The notes below the pieces were generated by a model that ran no database searches, was not told where the DNA came from, and saw nothing but the letters and a program-made list of their open reading frames with translations. From a virus (lineage: Duplodnaviria > Caudoviricetes), in the IMG/VR virus record IMGVR_UViG_3300025168_017853, positions 1-57,093 of that record: DNA of 57,093 bases. One strand, given 5' to 3'. The translations under genes were made by a program, and so were the position numbers. How positions within the stretch are numbered: the stretch's first letter is position 1; each line of letters begins with the position of its first letter. Below, piece by piece: positions 1 to 9,128 of this stretch.

Positions 1-294
1 CATTGCATCGGCTTCCTCTGTGATCGGAAAGTCAAGAGCAACTTCACGGTCTTCGTACATTCCCCATTTGCCTAAATCACTTTCAACAAGCTCAATGTCA
101 GCCCCAGACAGCGCGACGTCGCGCGCAAGATGTCTTGCGCGTGTTTCGTTTATAAGATCAAAAAATGCTTTAGAGCCCGGTCTGTATACAGATTCCGCCA
201 AAGACAACCCTTCTCGAAGGTGGTACTTTAGTCCTTCTGAAAAAAGAACTTCTTCTCTAATGATTTTTTTAAGATTTTGTTTTGTAATTTTCAA
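1..294 (-). CDS. Phage protein with MKI-type leader (runs off window start; not in ORF track)
   Basis: TTG start at 294 overlaps the Fic stop (TTGA); open frame MKITKQNLKKIIREEVLFSEGLKYHLREGLSLAESVYRPGSKAFFDLINE... to position 1. Confidence 0.85.
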   Translation of the reverse strand, partial: MKITKQNLKKIIREEVLFSEGLKYHLREGLSLAESVYRPGSKAFFDLINETRARHLARDVALSGADIELVESDLGKWGMYEDREVALDFPITEEADAM

Positions 295-923
295 AGCCAG
301 CCTCTTTCTAAGAAGTATTTTTTATATTTTTCGTTATATACGTCTAGTCTATTAAAATAGTCTTGATCTATTAGTTGATTTATTGAAAAATAATCGTAAT
401 CCATGCTGGACAAAAGAAGTATTCTGCCACTTCTTCCGTTACCATCTGAAAAAGGGTGAATCAATTCATACACTGCATGTCTTTCAAAAAGATCTTCAAA
501 GTCTGTCATTTCCCACCATGACATTGCTTCTGCAATAAAGCTAGGTTCAATATACTGCGTACCACCAGAAGATCTTGCTTCGTTATCTCTTAACATGCCC
601 GGCACGCCTGAATCTAGTACGTCTGACCCCATCGCTCTGTGTACTTCAAGTGCTTCTGCTAAAGTCTTACCTTTTCTTGAGTCAAATGTTGTTGTCGCCT
701 GTATTCCTTCAATTTGTGCTTTTATGTAAGGACTTCTTGTAACGTAACTGACTGGGTATCCTTCAATAACGCCTTCTAAGGCTGACATTACATCTTCAAT
801 ATCTTCAATATAATCTTCAATTTCATTAGATCGGTATATGAAACTTGCTGCATGCTTTAAGTTTGTCAAGCTATCAATGCTTTCAACTATAATCTTTCTG
901 AGATCATTTTTTGTTATTCTCAT
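291..923 (-). CDS. Fic/Doc family protein with MKI-type leader
   Basis: Canonical Fic motif HPFSDGNGRSGR; N-terminus MRITKNDLRKIIVES. Confidence 0.9.
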   Translation of the reverse strand: MRITKNDLRKIIVESIDSLTNLKHAASFIYRSNEIEDYIEDIEDVMSALEGVIEGYPVSYVTRSPYIKAQIEGIQATTTFDSRKGKTLAEALEVHRAMGSDVLDSGVPGMLRDNEARSSGGTQYIEPSFIAEAMSWWEMTDFEDLFERHAVYELIHPFSDGNGRSGRILLLSSMDYDYFSINQLIDQDYFNRLDVYNEKYKKYFLERGWL

Positions 924-930
924 GCAAAAA

Positions 931-958
931 CTCCTCGCTATAACTATACAGCGAGGAG
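931..958 (-). terminator. Hairpin (terminator/RBS-sequestering) with promoter-like motif in the loop
   Basis: CTCCTCGCT(931-939)/AGCGAGGAG(950-958) inverted repeat, followed on the minus strand by TTTTT; 3' arm contains the GAGGAG SD of the Fic gene. Confidence 0.75.
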
Positions 959-975
959 AACAAAATTCTTAACAA

Positions 976-1104
976 TTACTTGATTTTAATTGTTTTCTTC
1001 TTGGACTTAATAACCGCCAGGATCCAAACAGTGAACAAATCATCCGTAAAGTCATCTTCATCTTTTGATATATTAAGCAAGTTTGATAGTATTTTGCGAC
1101 ACAT
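976..1104 (-). CDS. Small hypothetical protein (42 aa; not in ORF track)
   Basis: MCRKILSNLLNISKDEDDFTDDLFTVWILAVIKSKKKTIKIK; preceded by GAAGG and a class-A promoter. Confidence 0.5.
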   Translation of the reverse strand: MCRKILSNLLNISKDEDDFTDDLFTVWILAVIKSKKKTIKIK

Positions 1105-1120
1105 TAGCCTTCGCAAGTAT

Positions 1121-1149
1121 GATATAGACACGCAAAAAAAGTTGTACAC
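1121..1149 (-). promoter_or_regulatory. Class-A promoter GTGTACA-N16-TATATC
   Basis: Matches the recurring intergenic motif with a 16-nt spacer. Confidence 0.55.
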
Positions 1150-1167
1150 TCTCTTTTTTAATTTATT

Positions 1168-3282
1168 TTAAATTTGGAATAAGTCATCACCTAGCAGGTC
1201 ATCTAAGAATTCATCTACAGACTGACCCTTTGTTTCAAAAGCATCTATGATTATCCTGGAAGGAAAGATCATGGTCGAGACTTTTTCTGCAACGTCTCTA
1301 AACTTTTTAGGTTGATTAGCTTTGAGATTGTCTATAGACACTTTGAAGTCTTGAGAATACATCTCATCAATACCCCGCGACATCATCTGTGTCGTGTAAA
1401 AAACTTCTTGTGAAGTCATCAAATCAAAAGATTTAATTAACTGCTTTGAAAAGCGCATTGATATCCTTGAAGGATTTGTCATCGTTGCAAACATATCACT
1501 GATTTGCCTGTTATTTCTTAAGAAGTCTAATGTGCCAGATTTTGTCTCCAGGGCCTGATTAGCAGCCTTAATAACTTCAGGAAGACTCGTTATCTTGCTT
1601 CTTATTCTGTGATCTGTAATTTTTCTATTAATTATCTCTATAGGCAAGAATTCGTGATCAAGATGCTCAATAAATGCATCGTCAAGTGCACGAAAGTTAT
1701 TCAATACACTTGAGCTCTTTTCGTAGGCTGCGCGTGCTTCTTCAACTGACTTGGCTTTCTTTATACTTTCGACGACATTGGCATATCCCTGAAAACTGGT
1801 TCTTGCTTTTTTAATTACGTCTAGTAAAAAGCGGCTACCTTCGGGTCCAAAAATCGTAGAGTTGGTTGAAATTTGGTCATTGACATCTTGGAGTAATGCA
1901 AGCTTACTTATTATCGAATTAACAGATAAATTGCCATCAATTATTGACCCCTGCAATGTCTTAGTTAAGAGCTCCGACATCAGGCCGTTGTTACCATAAG
2001 CATAAACATGTTGGCCGGGTAGTTTAGCTTTTTCAAAAAGATTTTTTAAATTAACGACAGATTTAAAGTGGTTCGAGTCAAGCTGTGTTAATACATTTAT
2101 AACTTGAGTCAGACTTTCAAATTTATCATAGTTGTAGCTTCCATTGGGCTGCTTGATTTTTAAAAGCTTGATAATTGTAGCTTTTACTTCGGGAGAGATG
2201 ACTATACCTTTAAACACGGCCATACTCATAAGGTTTTTAACTTCAGCAATCTTTTCTCTAAACCCTAGCGACCCAAGGACATGTGTGATTAATTTAGGAT
2301 CTGTCAAACTTTTGAGTTGATATTCAACTGAAGGTGAGTCTTTCTGTTGGCTTGCTAATCTGTTGACAACTGCCATTATTTGATCATAGTAGGGTGATGT
2401 GGCTTTTTTCATGTCTTCAAAGAAGCTGCCGTGTCTTGTATTAGCGTTATTGTCTCTTTCTACTGTTGAGCCTGCACCTCCAGCTGCAGTCTGTACCTTA
2501 CCGTTCTTTACACCAATACTTATGTAATCCCAAACGCCGGCGCGGTCGGGATAAGGTCTAGGATTATCTTTAATAATGTAGACTAAATATTTGTCTATGC
2601 CGTTGTAAGAATAAAACAAATTAGAGCCTGACGTTCTTGCTGTACACCAGGTCACGTCAGACTTCATGGTGACAGGATCAAAGCCTGCAATTCTAATACT
2701 GTCAGATTTTGTCTGAGGAACCCAAATATTCCAAGGCCCTACTTTTTTGACGAAGATGCTCGCTGGATCTTCTTCAGCCACTGTATTCTTCGATTTTTTT
2801 AAGTCTGATAATGTCATGATCTGAGACATCTCATCGGAAGACATTCTTCCCCAGTCCATCGGGCTCTGTGACCAAGAATTGACGTTCTCCCAATCATATG
2901 GAGACTTCTTCCAAGAAGGATTCTTTTCTACTTGCTCATAAGACAACGCGAGTATTTCGCCCCAACTTTTGCCGCCATAATCTTTTTTAGCTCGGCGCTG
3001 CCATCTAGATTTAATCTGAGGGACTTTTGAGATGTATTTTTCTAGCGTTAAAATTGCGTCAGCAATAGGGTGAGTTTCTTGGATTTTTGCGTTTTCGCCA
3101 TATCTTTGAATAAGCCATCTAATGGCAGGAGGCTTAAACTTTGATACTTTTTCTGCAAGAGAGGAATCGTCATTGACAAGTGCCAATATTTCTTCTTTAT
3201 CTTGCTTAAAACCTTCTAGGAGAAGAAGAGCTTCTCTTAATAAGTTGCGTAGCTGATGCTCTGTTAGCAGTCTCTTTTTCAT
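1168..3282 (-). CDS. Large hypothetical protein with leader and WCT-motif (PcfJ-like) domain
   Basis: 704 aa; N-term LLTEHQLRNLLREALLLLE; W-x-I-W-x-P...TWCTA...F..Y motif. Confidence 0.7.
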   Translation of the reverse strand: MKKRLLTEHQLRNLLREALLLLEGFKQDKEEILALVNDDSSLAEKVSKFKPPAIRWLIQRYGENAKIQETHPIADAILTLEKYISKVPQIKSRWQRRAKKDYGGKSWGEILALSYEQVEKNPSWKKSPYDWENVNSWSQSPMDWGRMSSDEMSQIMTLSDLKKSKNTVAEEDPASIFVKKVGPWNIWVPQTKSDSIRIAGFDPVTMKSDVTWCTARTSGSNLFYSYNGIDKYLVYIIKDNPRPYPDRAGVWDYISIGVKNGKVQTAAGGAGSTVERDNNANTRHGSFFEDMKKATSPYYDQIMAVVNRLASQQKDSPSVEYQLKSLTDPKLITHVLGSLGFREKIAEVKNLMSMAVFKGIVISPEVKATIIKLLKIKQPNGSYNYDKFESLTQVINVLTQLDSNHFKSVVNLKNLFEKAKLPGQHVYAYGNNGLMSELLTKTLQGSIIDGNLSVNSIISKLALLQDVNDQISTNSTIFGPEGSRFLLDVIKKARTSFQGYANVVESIKKAKSVEEARAAYEKSSSVLNNFRALDDAFIEHLDHEFLPIEIINRKITDHRIRSKITSLPEVIKAANQALETKSGTLDFLRNNRQISDMFATMTNPSRISMRFSKQLIKSFDLMTSQEVFYTTQMMSRGIDEMYSQDFKVSIDNLKANQPKKFRDVAEKVSTMIFPSRIIIDAFETKGQSVDEFLDDLLGDDLFQI

Positions 3283-3289
3283 TTATCTC

Positions 3290-4084
3290 TCAGAGTTCAA
3301 GGCCTGGGTCACGCCAATTAGTGTCAAAGTTTAAATAGTCATCATCTCCAAACCCTACAGCAAAAGAAAGGTCATAGGCTTCATACATCTTATCATCATA
3401 CTCGTCGTGATAACGATAGAATTTTGTGACTTGATCAAAAACTTTTCTAGCTAGTCCTTTCATCCCTGCTTCTGACGAAATGAAGTCTAAGTCTTGTGTG
3501 CCAAAAGTGACAGTTCCTTCGCTAGGTGACAATCTAAGAAGATCGATTGCATTACGCCCGTAGTCGTCAGCGACATCTGCGATGTCGATGGGAAAGTCAG
3601 TATCTGTTGGGGGGTAAAATCTATACAACAAAGCGAAGAAGCTCTCTTCTGCGATGTTCATAGAAAAAATTGCTTTAATCAAGTATCCGACGGATCTTTT
3701 TGCGACTTCAGCTCCAGCAGCTAAGCCAGGGTTCTCTGCAACGATACTGTCAATCTGAGCGTTTGCAGTGCCTATCATTCTGGCGTGAAACCCGCCAGAA
3801 GTTATTACTTTTTGCATGTTATCAACCATCTTTGGAAAGTAGACGGATTCTTTGCCAGTCATAGATCTCACCATGATGGACTGCAAAACCTTTCCGCCGA
3901 CTCTCGAAAGAAGGACATCAAACCTCTTTGGGCCAAAAAGAGTTTTTACAATTCCATACGCAGCTTTATATTGAGACTCTTCTGAGTCGTCCATCGCCAC
4001 GTAGCTGGCATCGCCTCGAGGTAGAGGAGTCTCCATAAGCGTACGCCTGATGATCGATTCTAATATGCTCTTTGAAACTTTCAT
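3290..4084 (-). CDS. Hypothetical protein with MKI-type leader; paralogue of 4093..4869
   Basis: MKVSKSILESIIRRTLME; shares ARKVFDQVTKF / ARNIWEQVMKF with its neighbour. Confidence 0.8.
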   Translation of the reverse strand: MKVSKSILESIIRRTLMETPLPRGDASYVAMDDSEESQYKAAYGIVKTLFGPKRFDVLLSRVGGKVLQSIMVRSMTGKESVYFPKMVDNMQKVITSGGFHARMIGTANAQIDSIVAENPGLAAGAEVAKRSVGYLIKAIFSMNIAEESFFALLYRFYPPTDTDFPIDIADVADDYGRNAIDLLRLSPSEGTVTFGTQDLDFISSEAGMKGLARKVFDQVTKFYRYHDEYDDKMYEAYDLSFAVGFGDDDYLNFDTNWRDPGLEL

Positions 4085-4092
4085 CTCTTCTC

Positions 4093-4869
4093 CTAAAAGG
4101 GTGCCACGATTTCCCAGCCAAACGAAAACGGCAAGGAGTCTTCGTAGTCTGCAATCTGATCTTCTGTAAAGCCAAAAAGTCTAAGATCACGAAAGTCAGC
4201 AAATTGTGGGTTTTCGTATGCATGTGTAAAACCCACAAACTTCATGACTTGCTCCCATATGTTTCGTGCGATTTTTAAAATATCCATACCGGCTAAGGCA
4301 TCACTAATCACTTCTGGTGTTAATTTGATTACAAGGTCTGAATTTTTTAAACCAGACATACCATAGTAGAAGCTAGCTTGTGTAATGTCTTCGGGCAAGA
4401 CAGATCTCATTTCATAAAACACAACTCCAACAAGCTCATCGACGACGACAGAACCACATGCTGCTTTGATAATTTTTTCTATAGAAATTTTCGCCATCTG
4501 CTTTGATTTTTCTTCAGCTGATTGAAACGCTGGTGCTTGAGAAAGTGCCGAGTTTGTCACTTGAGATATTTGACCTAAAACCTTTGGACTGTTCATGACT
4601 TGCTTTGCGACGGTGTGATATTTTTTAGGTGAAAAACTACCCTGCGCGATCATTCTTTTCATAATGCCAACTGCTAGTTGTGTCAGCAGTACAGAAACAT
4701 TTTGACCCCAGTATCTCGATGACGTCGCTTGAGCGACTAGCAAGTAACCTTCAGCGAACTCTCGCATTGGGTCACCTTCATAGTCTTGCAGCACGTACTG
4801 CTCTCTTATAACCTGCTTTATAATTGACTCTAATATGTTTCTTGAAATCTTCATTTTTGTCCTTTTCAC
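4093..4869 (-). CDS. Hypothetical protein with MKI-type leader
   Basis: MKISRNILESIIKQVIREQ begins at the second Met. Confidence 0.8.
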   Translation of the reverse strand: MKRTKMKISRNILESIIKQVIREQYVLQDYEGDPMREFAEGYLLVAQATSSRYWGQNVSVLLTQLAVGIMKRMIAQGSFSPKKYHTVAKQVMNSPKVLGQISQVTNSALSQAPAFQSAEEKSKQMAKISIEKIIKAACGSVVVDELVGVVFYEMRSVLPEDITQASFYYGMSGLKNSDLVIKLTPEVISDALAGMDILKIARNIWEQVMKFVGFTHAYENPQFADFRDLRLFGFTEDQIADYEDSLPFSFGWEIVAPF

Positions 4870-5372
4870 ATTAATGTTTCTCTATTTTCTGGTGGGACCC
4901 AGTCTAAATTAAGAATCTTAAATACTTCTTCTTCTGTCTTGCCGGCGGCAATATTCTTTCCTTCATTATTAAGTATCTCGTACTTTGTGTATTTTAAGCC
5001 GTATATTGAGGCCCAGCCAGACAAAAATATACTAAATCCTGCAGGACCTGTGAAGTTGAGAACCTGGACCCCATAAGTGTCTTCGTTAGCAGGGAAGAAA
5101 TCGACTTGAATTCCGCTAATAGAGAGAAAGTAGCCTCGCGGGCTTTTCTTCTTTTTATACGGAAGTTTATTAAACCACTCTTCAAACTCACCTATGCTAC
5201 AAGGTATAAAGACAATGTCTAAGTCGCCTATATCGCTTTTCTTTCTTCTGTATGAGCCGCAGACTTCAAACTTTTCACACAAGTTAAAAAACAGCGCTTC
5301 TCTTAAAATTTCAATAACAGCGTCGACTTCTGCTCTAGAAGCACGACGACCGTCCATCATTTTTCCACTCAT
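4866..5372 (-). CDS. polX: Minimal DNA polymerase X (Pol beta-like)
   Basis: GSYRR...GDLD, third Asp in VDFF, FTG motif, and TEEEVFKILNLDWVPPENR C-terminus typical of family X. Confidence 0.85.
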   Translation of the reverse strand: MSGKMMDGRRASRAEVDAVIEILREALFFNLCEKFEVCGSYRRKKSDIGDLDIVFIPCSIGEFEEWFNKLPYKKKKSPRGYFLSISGIQVDFFPANEDTYGVQVLNFTGPAGFSIFLSGWASIYGLKYTKYEILNNEGKNIAAGKTEEEVFKILNLDWVPPENRETLM

Positions 5373-6385
5373 TAAACCCTCCTTGATCTTCTCATAAGTA
5401 TATTGTCGTTTAGTACAATATACAACAAGGACTCGCGTAAAGAAAGTTTTTTGCCGGCTGTGGAACCCAAGAACTGACCGAATGCCTCGTCTTCCAGATC
5501 TCTTGACTTTTGAATTGCCTTCATAAAGCCTGTTCTAAAAGCTTCGTCTGTGTGTCTACTTCTAATAGACTGAAGTTTTCTAAGTAAGTTTTCGCTGTTC
5601 TTGCCTGCCTCGTCTAGAACTAAGTTGTAGTATCTTGACAAGACGGTTCTAAGTCGCTCAACCGATTCTCTTGATTCTGCCGGTGGGGGTGCTTTCTTAG
5701 CACCTAAATCTAACTTGAGCAGGTTTTGAAAGAACATGTCTTCGTCTGTTCTAATTCCGTTCAGGGCGATGTGAAAAGCGTCTTCAAACCCAGACTCTTT
5801 GGAAAGTCGTTTAATTTCGTTCCAGACTGTAGGTAAAACCGTCTGACCTACCGCCATCGCGGGTGTGACAAATTCATCCATCATTACTCTTTCAATTGCG
5901 CCGGAAGGGTCAGCAGAAGACTTCTGCTTTAAGCCGGGCTCGCCAGCGTAAGAAGGCTGGCTGGTCTGGAATCTCTTTGTCGTGGGTGTAGGTGTGCCTA
6001 CAAAATCTTCGATGTCATCATAAGGATCTAGATCATCGTCAACAGTAGGTGCTCTTTGAAATCTTGCTTTGTTTTTCTGTGCGCTCGAAGCGGCTGCAGA
6101 AAACTCATCTTCAAAGTTCCCTTCAGGAGCCGGGCCGCCAAGAATGTCATCTAGAAAAGAATCTATGCCTCCTAAGATGTCGTCAAAACTCCCACCCGAA
6201 CCTCGCACTGCTGGTGCATCTTCAGATCCTGCAGGTGTATCAGGTGCAACAGTTGCTAATGAAGCATCATCTAGATCTAGATCGTCGAGCATGTCTTGAA
6301 CTGCAGAATCTACATCAGTCTGTGTCTTTGTCTGAGCTTCTGCGATTAATTCGATAATTAACTTTCGTAACTCTTTTTTGTTCAT
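5372..6385 (-). CDS. Acidic hypothetical protein with leader
   Basis: MNKKELRKLIIELIAE; D/E-rich low-complexity N-half. Confidence 0.8.
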   Translation of the reverse strand: MNKKELRKLIIELIAEAQTKTQTDVDSAVQDMLDDLDLDDASLATVAPDTPAGSEDAPAVRGSGGSFDDILGGIDSFLDDILGGPAPEGNFEDEFSAAASSAQKNKARFQRAPTVDDDLDPYDDIEDFVGTPTPTTKRFQTSQPSYAGEPGLKQKSSADPSGAIERVMMDEFVTPAMAVGQTVLPTVWNEIKRLSKESGFEDAFHIALNGIRTDEDMFFQNLLKLDLGAKKAPPPAESRESVERLRTVLSRYYNLVLDEAGKNSENLLRKLQSIRSRHTDEAFRTGFMKAIQKSRDLEDEAFGQFLGSTAGKKLSLRESLLYIVLNDNILMRRSRRV

Positions 6386-6876
6386 TTAATACTCTTCGTC
6401 AAAAGGTCAACAAGTTTTCCTGATTCAAGGCCTCGCAAGTAAGCTTCAAATTCATCGTCTTGTGATCTTGAAATATCGTCTTCAGGAACATTTGTCATCA
6501 TTGAGGACAAAACATCGACCTCTTGCTGGCTGAGATCTGTTGGGTCTGATTCTGTATCGTCACCTTCTAAATCTGTGCCGTAAGGCTGAAACTTGTAAAC
6601 TTGCCCTACTGGATCTTCATCTTCGTTTTCAGTGGGAGGCCGCACTCTATCAGTCGGAAACTGTGTGACTGTACCTTCTGATAGATTAGATTCATTAACT
6701 TGACCGGCGGCAGTTTCAGCTATTCCCATTGCAGAAACAAAAGCAGCGCGCTCTGAGTTTGTTAGTTGATCGTATACAGAAGTACTTGACATATCTTCAG
6801 TGCTTGTATCTTTCGGACGATACGAGTCAACAAATTCTCTAATGATTTTTCTAAGTTTTGATCTTTTAATTTTCAT
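6382..6876 (-). CDS. Acidic hypothetical protein with MKI-type leader
   Basis: MKIKRSKLRKIIREF. Confidence 0.8.
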   Translation of the reverse strand: MKIKRSKLRKIIREFVDSYRPKDTSTEDMSSTSVYDQLTNSERAAFVSAMGIAETAAGQVNESNLSEGTVTQFPTDRVRPPTENEDEDPVGQVYKFQPYGTDLEGDDTESDPTDLSQQEVDVLSSMMTNVPEDDISRSQDDEFEAYLRGLESGKLVDLLTKSIK

Positions 6877-7166
6877 TATATTGCGCCTATTGCTGCAGCT
6901 GCTTGTTCTCCAGGCAAAAGTATTTTATCGCCTGCTTTAATACTGTCAGCTGACAGTATCTTGGTTAGAGAAGTATCTCCTCCCGACACTCTGCTATTTT
7001 GCATTTTTATTAATTTGTTAATTTGATCTTGAGTTAAAGTTACACCAACAGCGCTACTGTATATTTGAGACAAAGTTTCGCCTTGTTTAACTGTGTGGAC
7101 TGATGTTCTGTCTTCGTTTAACGTTGACTCAACAATTCTTCTAAGTTCTCTTCTAGTAATTTTCAT
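6876..7166 (-). CDS. LysM-domain protein with MKI-type leader
   Basis: HTVKQGETLSQI...I.AGDKILLP LysM pattern after MKITRRELRRIVESTLNE. Confidence 0.85.
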   Translation of the reverse strand: MKITRRELRRIVESTLNEDRTSVHTVKQGETLSQIYSSAVGVTLTQDQINKLIKMQNSRVSGGDTSLTKILSADSIKAGDKILLPGEQAAAAIGAI

Positions 7167-8056
7167 TTTATTTCCTTTAAAATCTCTTCTATATCTAGGC
7201 CTGCACAGTCAATTTTTTTAGTGCTACAGTGAAAGTGATTCATGAATCCTTTAAATTTGCCAGACGCAGCATTTTTATCATAAGTCCATTTTTCATCAGG
7301 TGCTTCGAGCGGAATACCGCAACCTTCATGCATTGCCTTATAAAGAGCCTTAAGTGCTTCAATCTGGACTGGATAAAACCAAGTAAAATCTTCTACTTTT
7401 CTATTTTGCGCCAGCGCTCCGCTTTTAATTGGTCTTTCACCAAACCCATTTTTCTTGTACCAACTTTGATATTTTGTATAAAAAGCATTGCTTATTTCAA
7501 CTCCAACGGCAGAGTGATTAACTTTAGAATTTCCTGCGTGCCAGCAAGCATCATTCATGTCATGAAGCTGTATAATTGTCCCATCGTTGTCAATGCAAAA
7601 TTGAACTGATACATTTCTTTTTGCAAGCACCCTTGCACAAGACATGCTATTTAAGCAAACATCCCAGTGAGTAACAAAAGATTTTATATCTCTTTTTCTA
7701 CTATACTTTGTTAACCCTTTGCTTATTGGATATGGAAAACCTGCGTCTTTAAATGTGTGAACTTTTTCTGAGGGCCAGTCAATTTTGATAGGGCTATCAT
7801 TCCACCACAAAACATCTGATGAATCTGTTACCCACCCTAACGTATTAATCTTCTGTTCAGCTTCTCGCTCAGAAAGAACTACTCTATACGTACTGGGCCC
7901 ACACATGCCATCCGGAGATAGATTTCTTTCTTTTTGAAAACCTTGAATTGCTAAAGTTAGTTTTTCATCAAAGTCATTGTGACATGGAATAAACCAGTTA
8001 GGTTTCCATCCAAATCGTCTAGCTTGATTTTTGTTATAAGTTTCTTTCCTACCCAT
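7163..8056 (-). CDS. N-acetylmuramoyl-L-alanine amidase (Amidase_2) with peptidoglycan-binding domain; probable endolysin
   Basis: AIQGFQ..NL.PDGMCGPST PG-binding motif; VTHWD, CWHAG, GVEI, NH...KIDC zinc-amidase motifs. Confidence 0.85.
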   Translation of the reverse strand: MGRKETYNKNQARRFGWKPNWFIPCHNDFDEKLTLAIQGFQKERNLSPDGMCGPSTYRVVLSEREAEQKINTLGWVTDSSDVLWWNDSPIKIDWPSEKVHTFKDAGFPYPISKGLTKYSRKRDIKSFVTHWDVCLNSMSCARVLAKRNVSVQFCIDNDGTIIQLHDMNDACWHAGNSKVNHSAVGVEISNAFYTKYQSWYKKNGFGERPIKSGALAQNRKVEDFTWFYPVQIEALKALYKAMHEGCGIPLEAPDEKWTYDKNAASGKFKGFMNHFHCSTKKIDCAGLDIEEILKEIK

Positions 8057-8117
8057 AATTTTACCTCTTACAATAAATATTACTTATAAAGGAAAAGTAT
8101 TCTTTTAAGTATAAAAA

Positions 8118-8560
8118 TGGTGGACCCGGCGGGAGTCGAACCCGCGTCCGCAATAGTTTCAAAGTTAAGTCATTTACAGGTTTGTCTAATTTACTATCAC
8201 AAATTAGAAAAGATAGCCGGTTTTCCCTGCGCTTACCGACCTGTTGCGCTCCACCAATATTGATTTGACTGTCTTAGCAATTTCTCTCTAAGCGCCACCA
8301 GATTGTACGATTTAAGTCTGTCTGTCTAACCACCGTAGCAATATTGGGTAACCATTTTGATTTTTACAACTGCTCTGTTGTGTTGACTAGATTGGATAGA
8401 AGGCTCTAATCAGCCTCCCGATTATGCCGCTAAGCGGACAGATTCGAAGTGATAATTGTTATTGGCAATTAAGTTTTTGAAACCGCATTTTAGGTCTACT
8501 ATTTCGTGTGACCACCTGCACTCTTATTATTCGCTACTCCGTCGAAGCCGTTTCAGGCCC
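8118..8560 (-). ncRNA. ssrA: tmRNA (transfer-messenger RNA), tag ANNNYHFESVRLAA
   Basis: 5' GGGCCTG pairs with 3' CGGGTCC-ACCA including the G3-U Ala determinant; T-arm GCGGG-TTCGACT-CCCGC; tag ORF 8466-8422 ends LAA-stop. Confidence 0.93.
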
Positions 8561-8566
8561 ATAATG

Positions 8567-8917
8567 TTATCTATAAACAAACTGTATAAAAATTATCATA
8601 AACGCTAAGATTGTGCATATCAGTGTTTTTGTTGTAAACATTGACTCATTAATGTAGTACCAAGTCATTAGCGGAAATGTCAAGTAAGAAAGAGAAAAAG
8701 AAATAAATCTGGTCGTCCAAAGCTCACCTGTTGCTTCCATAAAATATCTTGATGCATACCAATAAACAAAACCACAAGGAATGCCAAAAACTATATTAGA
8801 AAGTATTGGACGATTTTCCCAAAATGGATAAACAAACTGGAGATTATGAGTGTACCAAGCGAGAACATGACCGCAGATAGCGAGACAAACCCCAATGATA
8901 ATGCTAGAATTAAACAT
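8567..8917 (-). CDS. Small multi-pass membrane protein (DMT/EamA-like)
   Basis: 116 aa with about four hydrophobic helices. Confidence 0.7.
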   Translation of the reverse strand: MFNSSIIIGVCLAICGHVLAWYTHNLQFVYPFWENRPILSNIVFGIPCGFVYWYASRYFMEATGELWTTRFISFSLSYLTFPLMTWYYINESMFTTKTLICTILAFMIIFIQFVYR

Positions 8918-8942
8918 GCCTTAGCTAGCCTCCAAGCTACAA

Positions 8943-9128
8943 TCATGAAAAGCTGACGTGCTCTTTTAAAATTTCGTCAATTGTCACAATTGTTCTATGT
9001 ATTCTTGCTGCATGATCAGATTCTTTCATTAACGCATTTTTGTTTGACTTATAATCCCTAAGCCTTGCAAAATGATCAATTAATTCTTTTCTTAATTCTA
9101 GTATTTTATCTAAATCTTCTTTATTCAT
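8943..9128 (-). CDS. Hypothetical protein
   Basis: 61-aa ORF coupled to the upstream gene. Confidence 0.65.
   Translation of the reverse strand: MNKEDLDKILELRKELIDHFARLRDYKSNKNALMKESDHAARIHRTIVTIDEILKEHVSFS

Noticed and set aside
8118-8150. Stand-alone tRNA gene
   Set aside because: The T-arm and CCA pair with a 5' end about 440 nt away and enclose a tag ORF, so this is tmRNA
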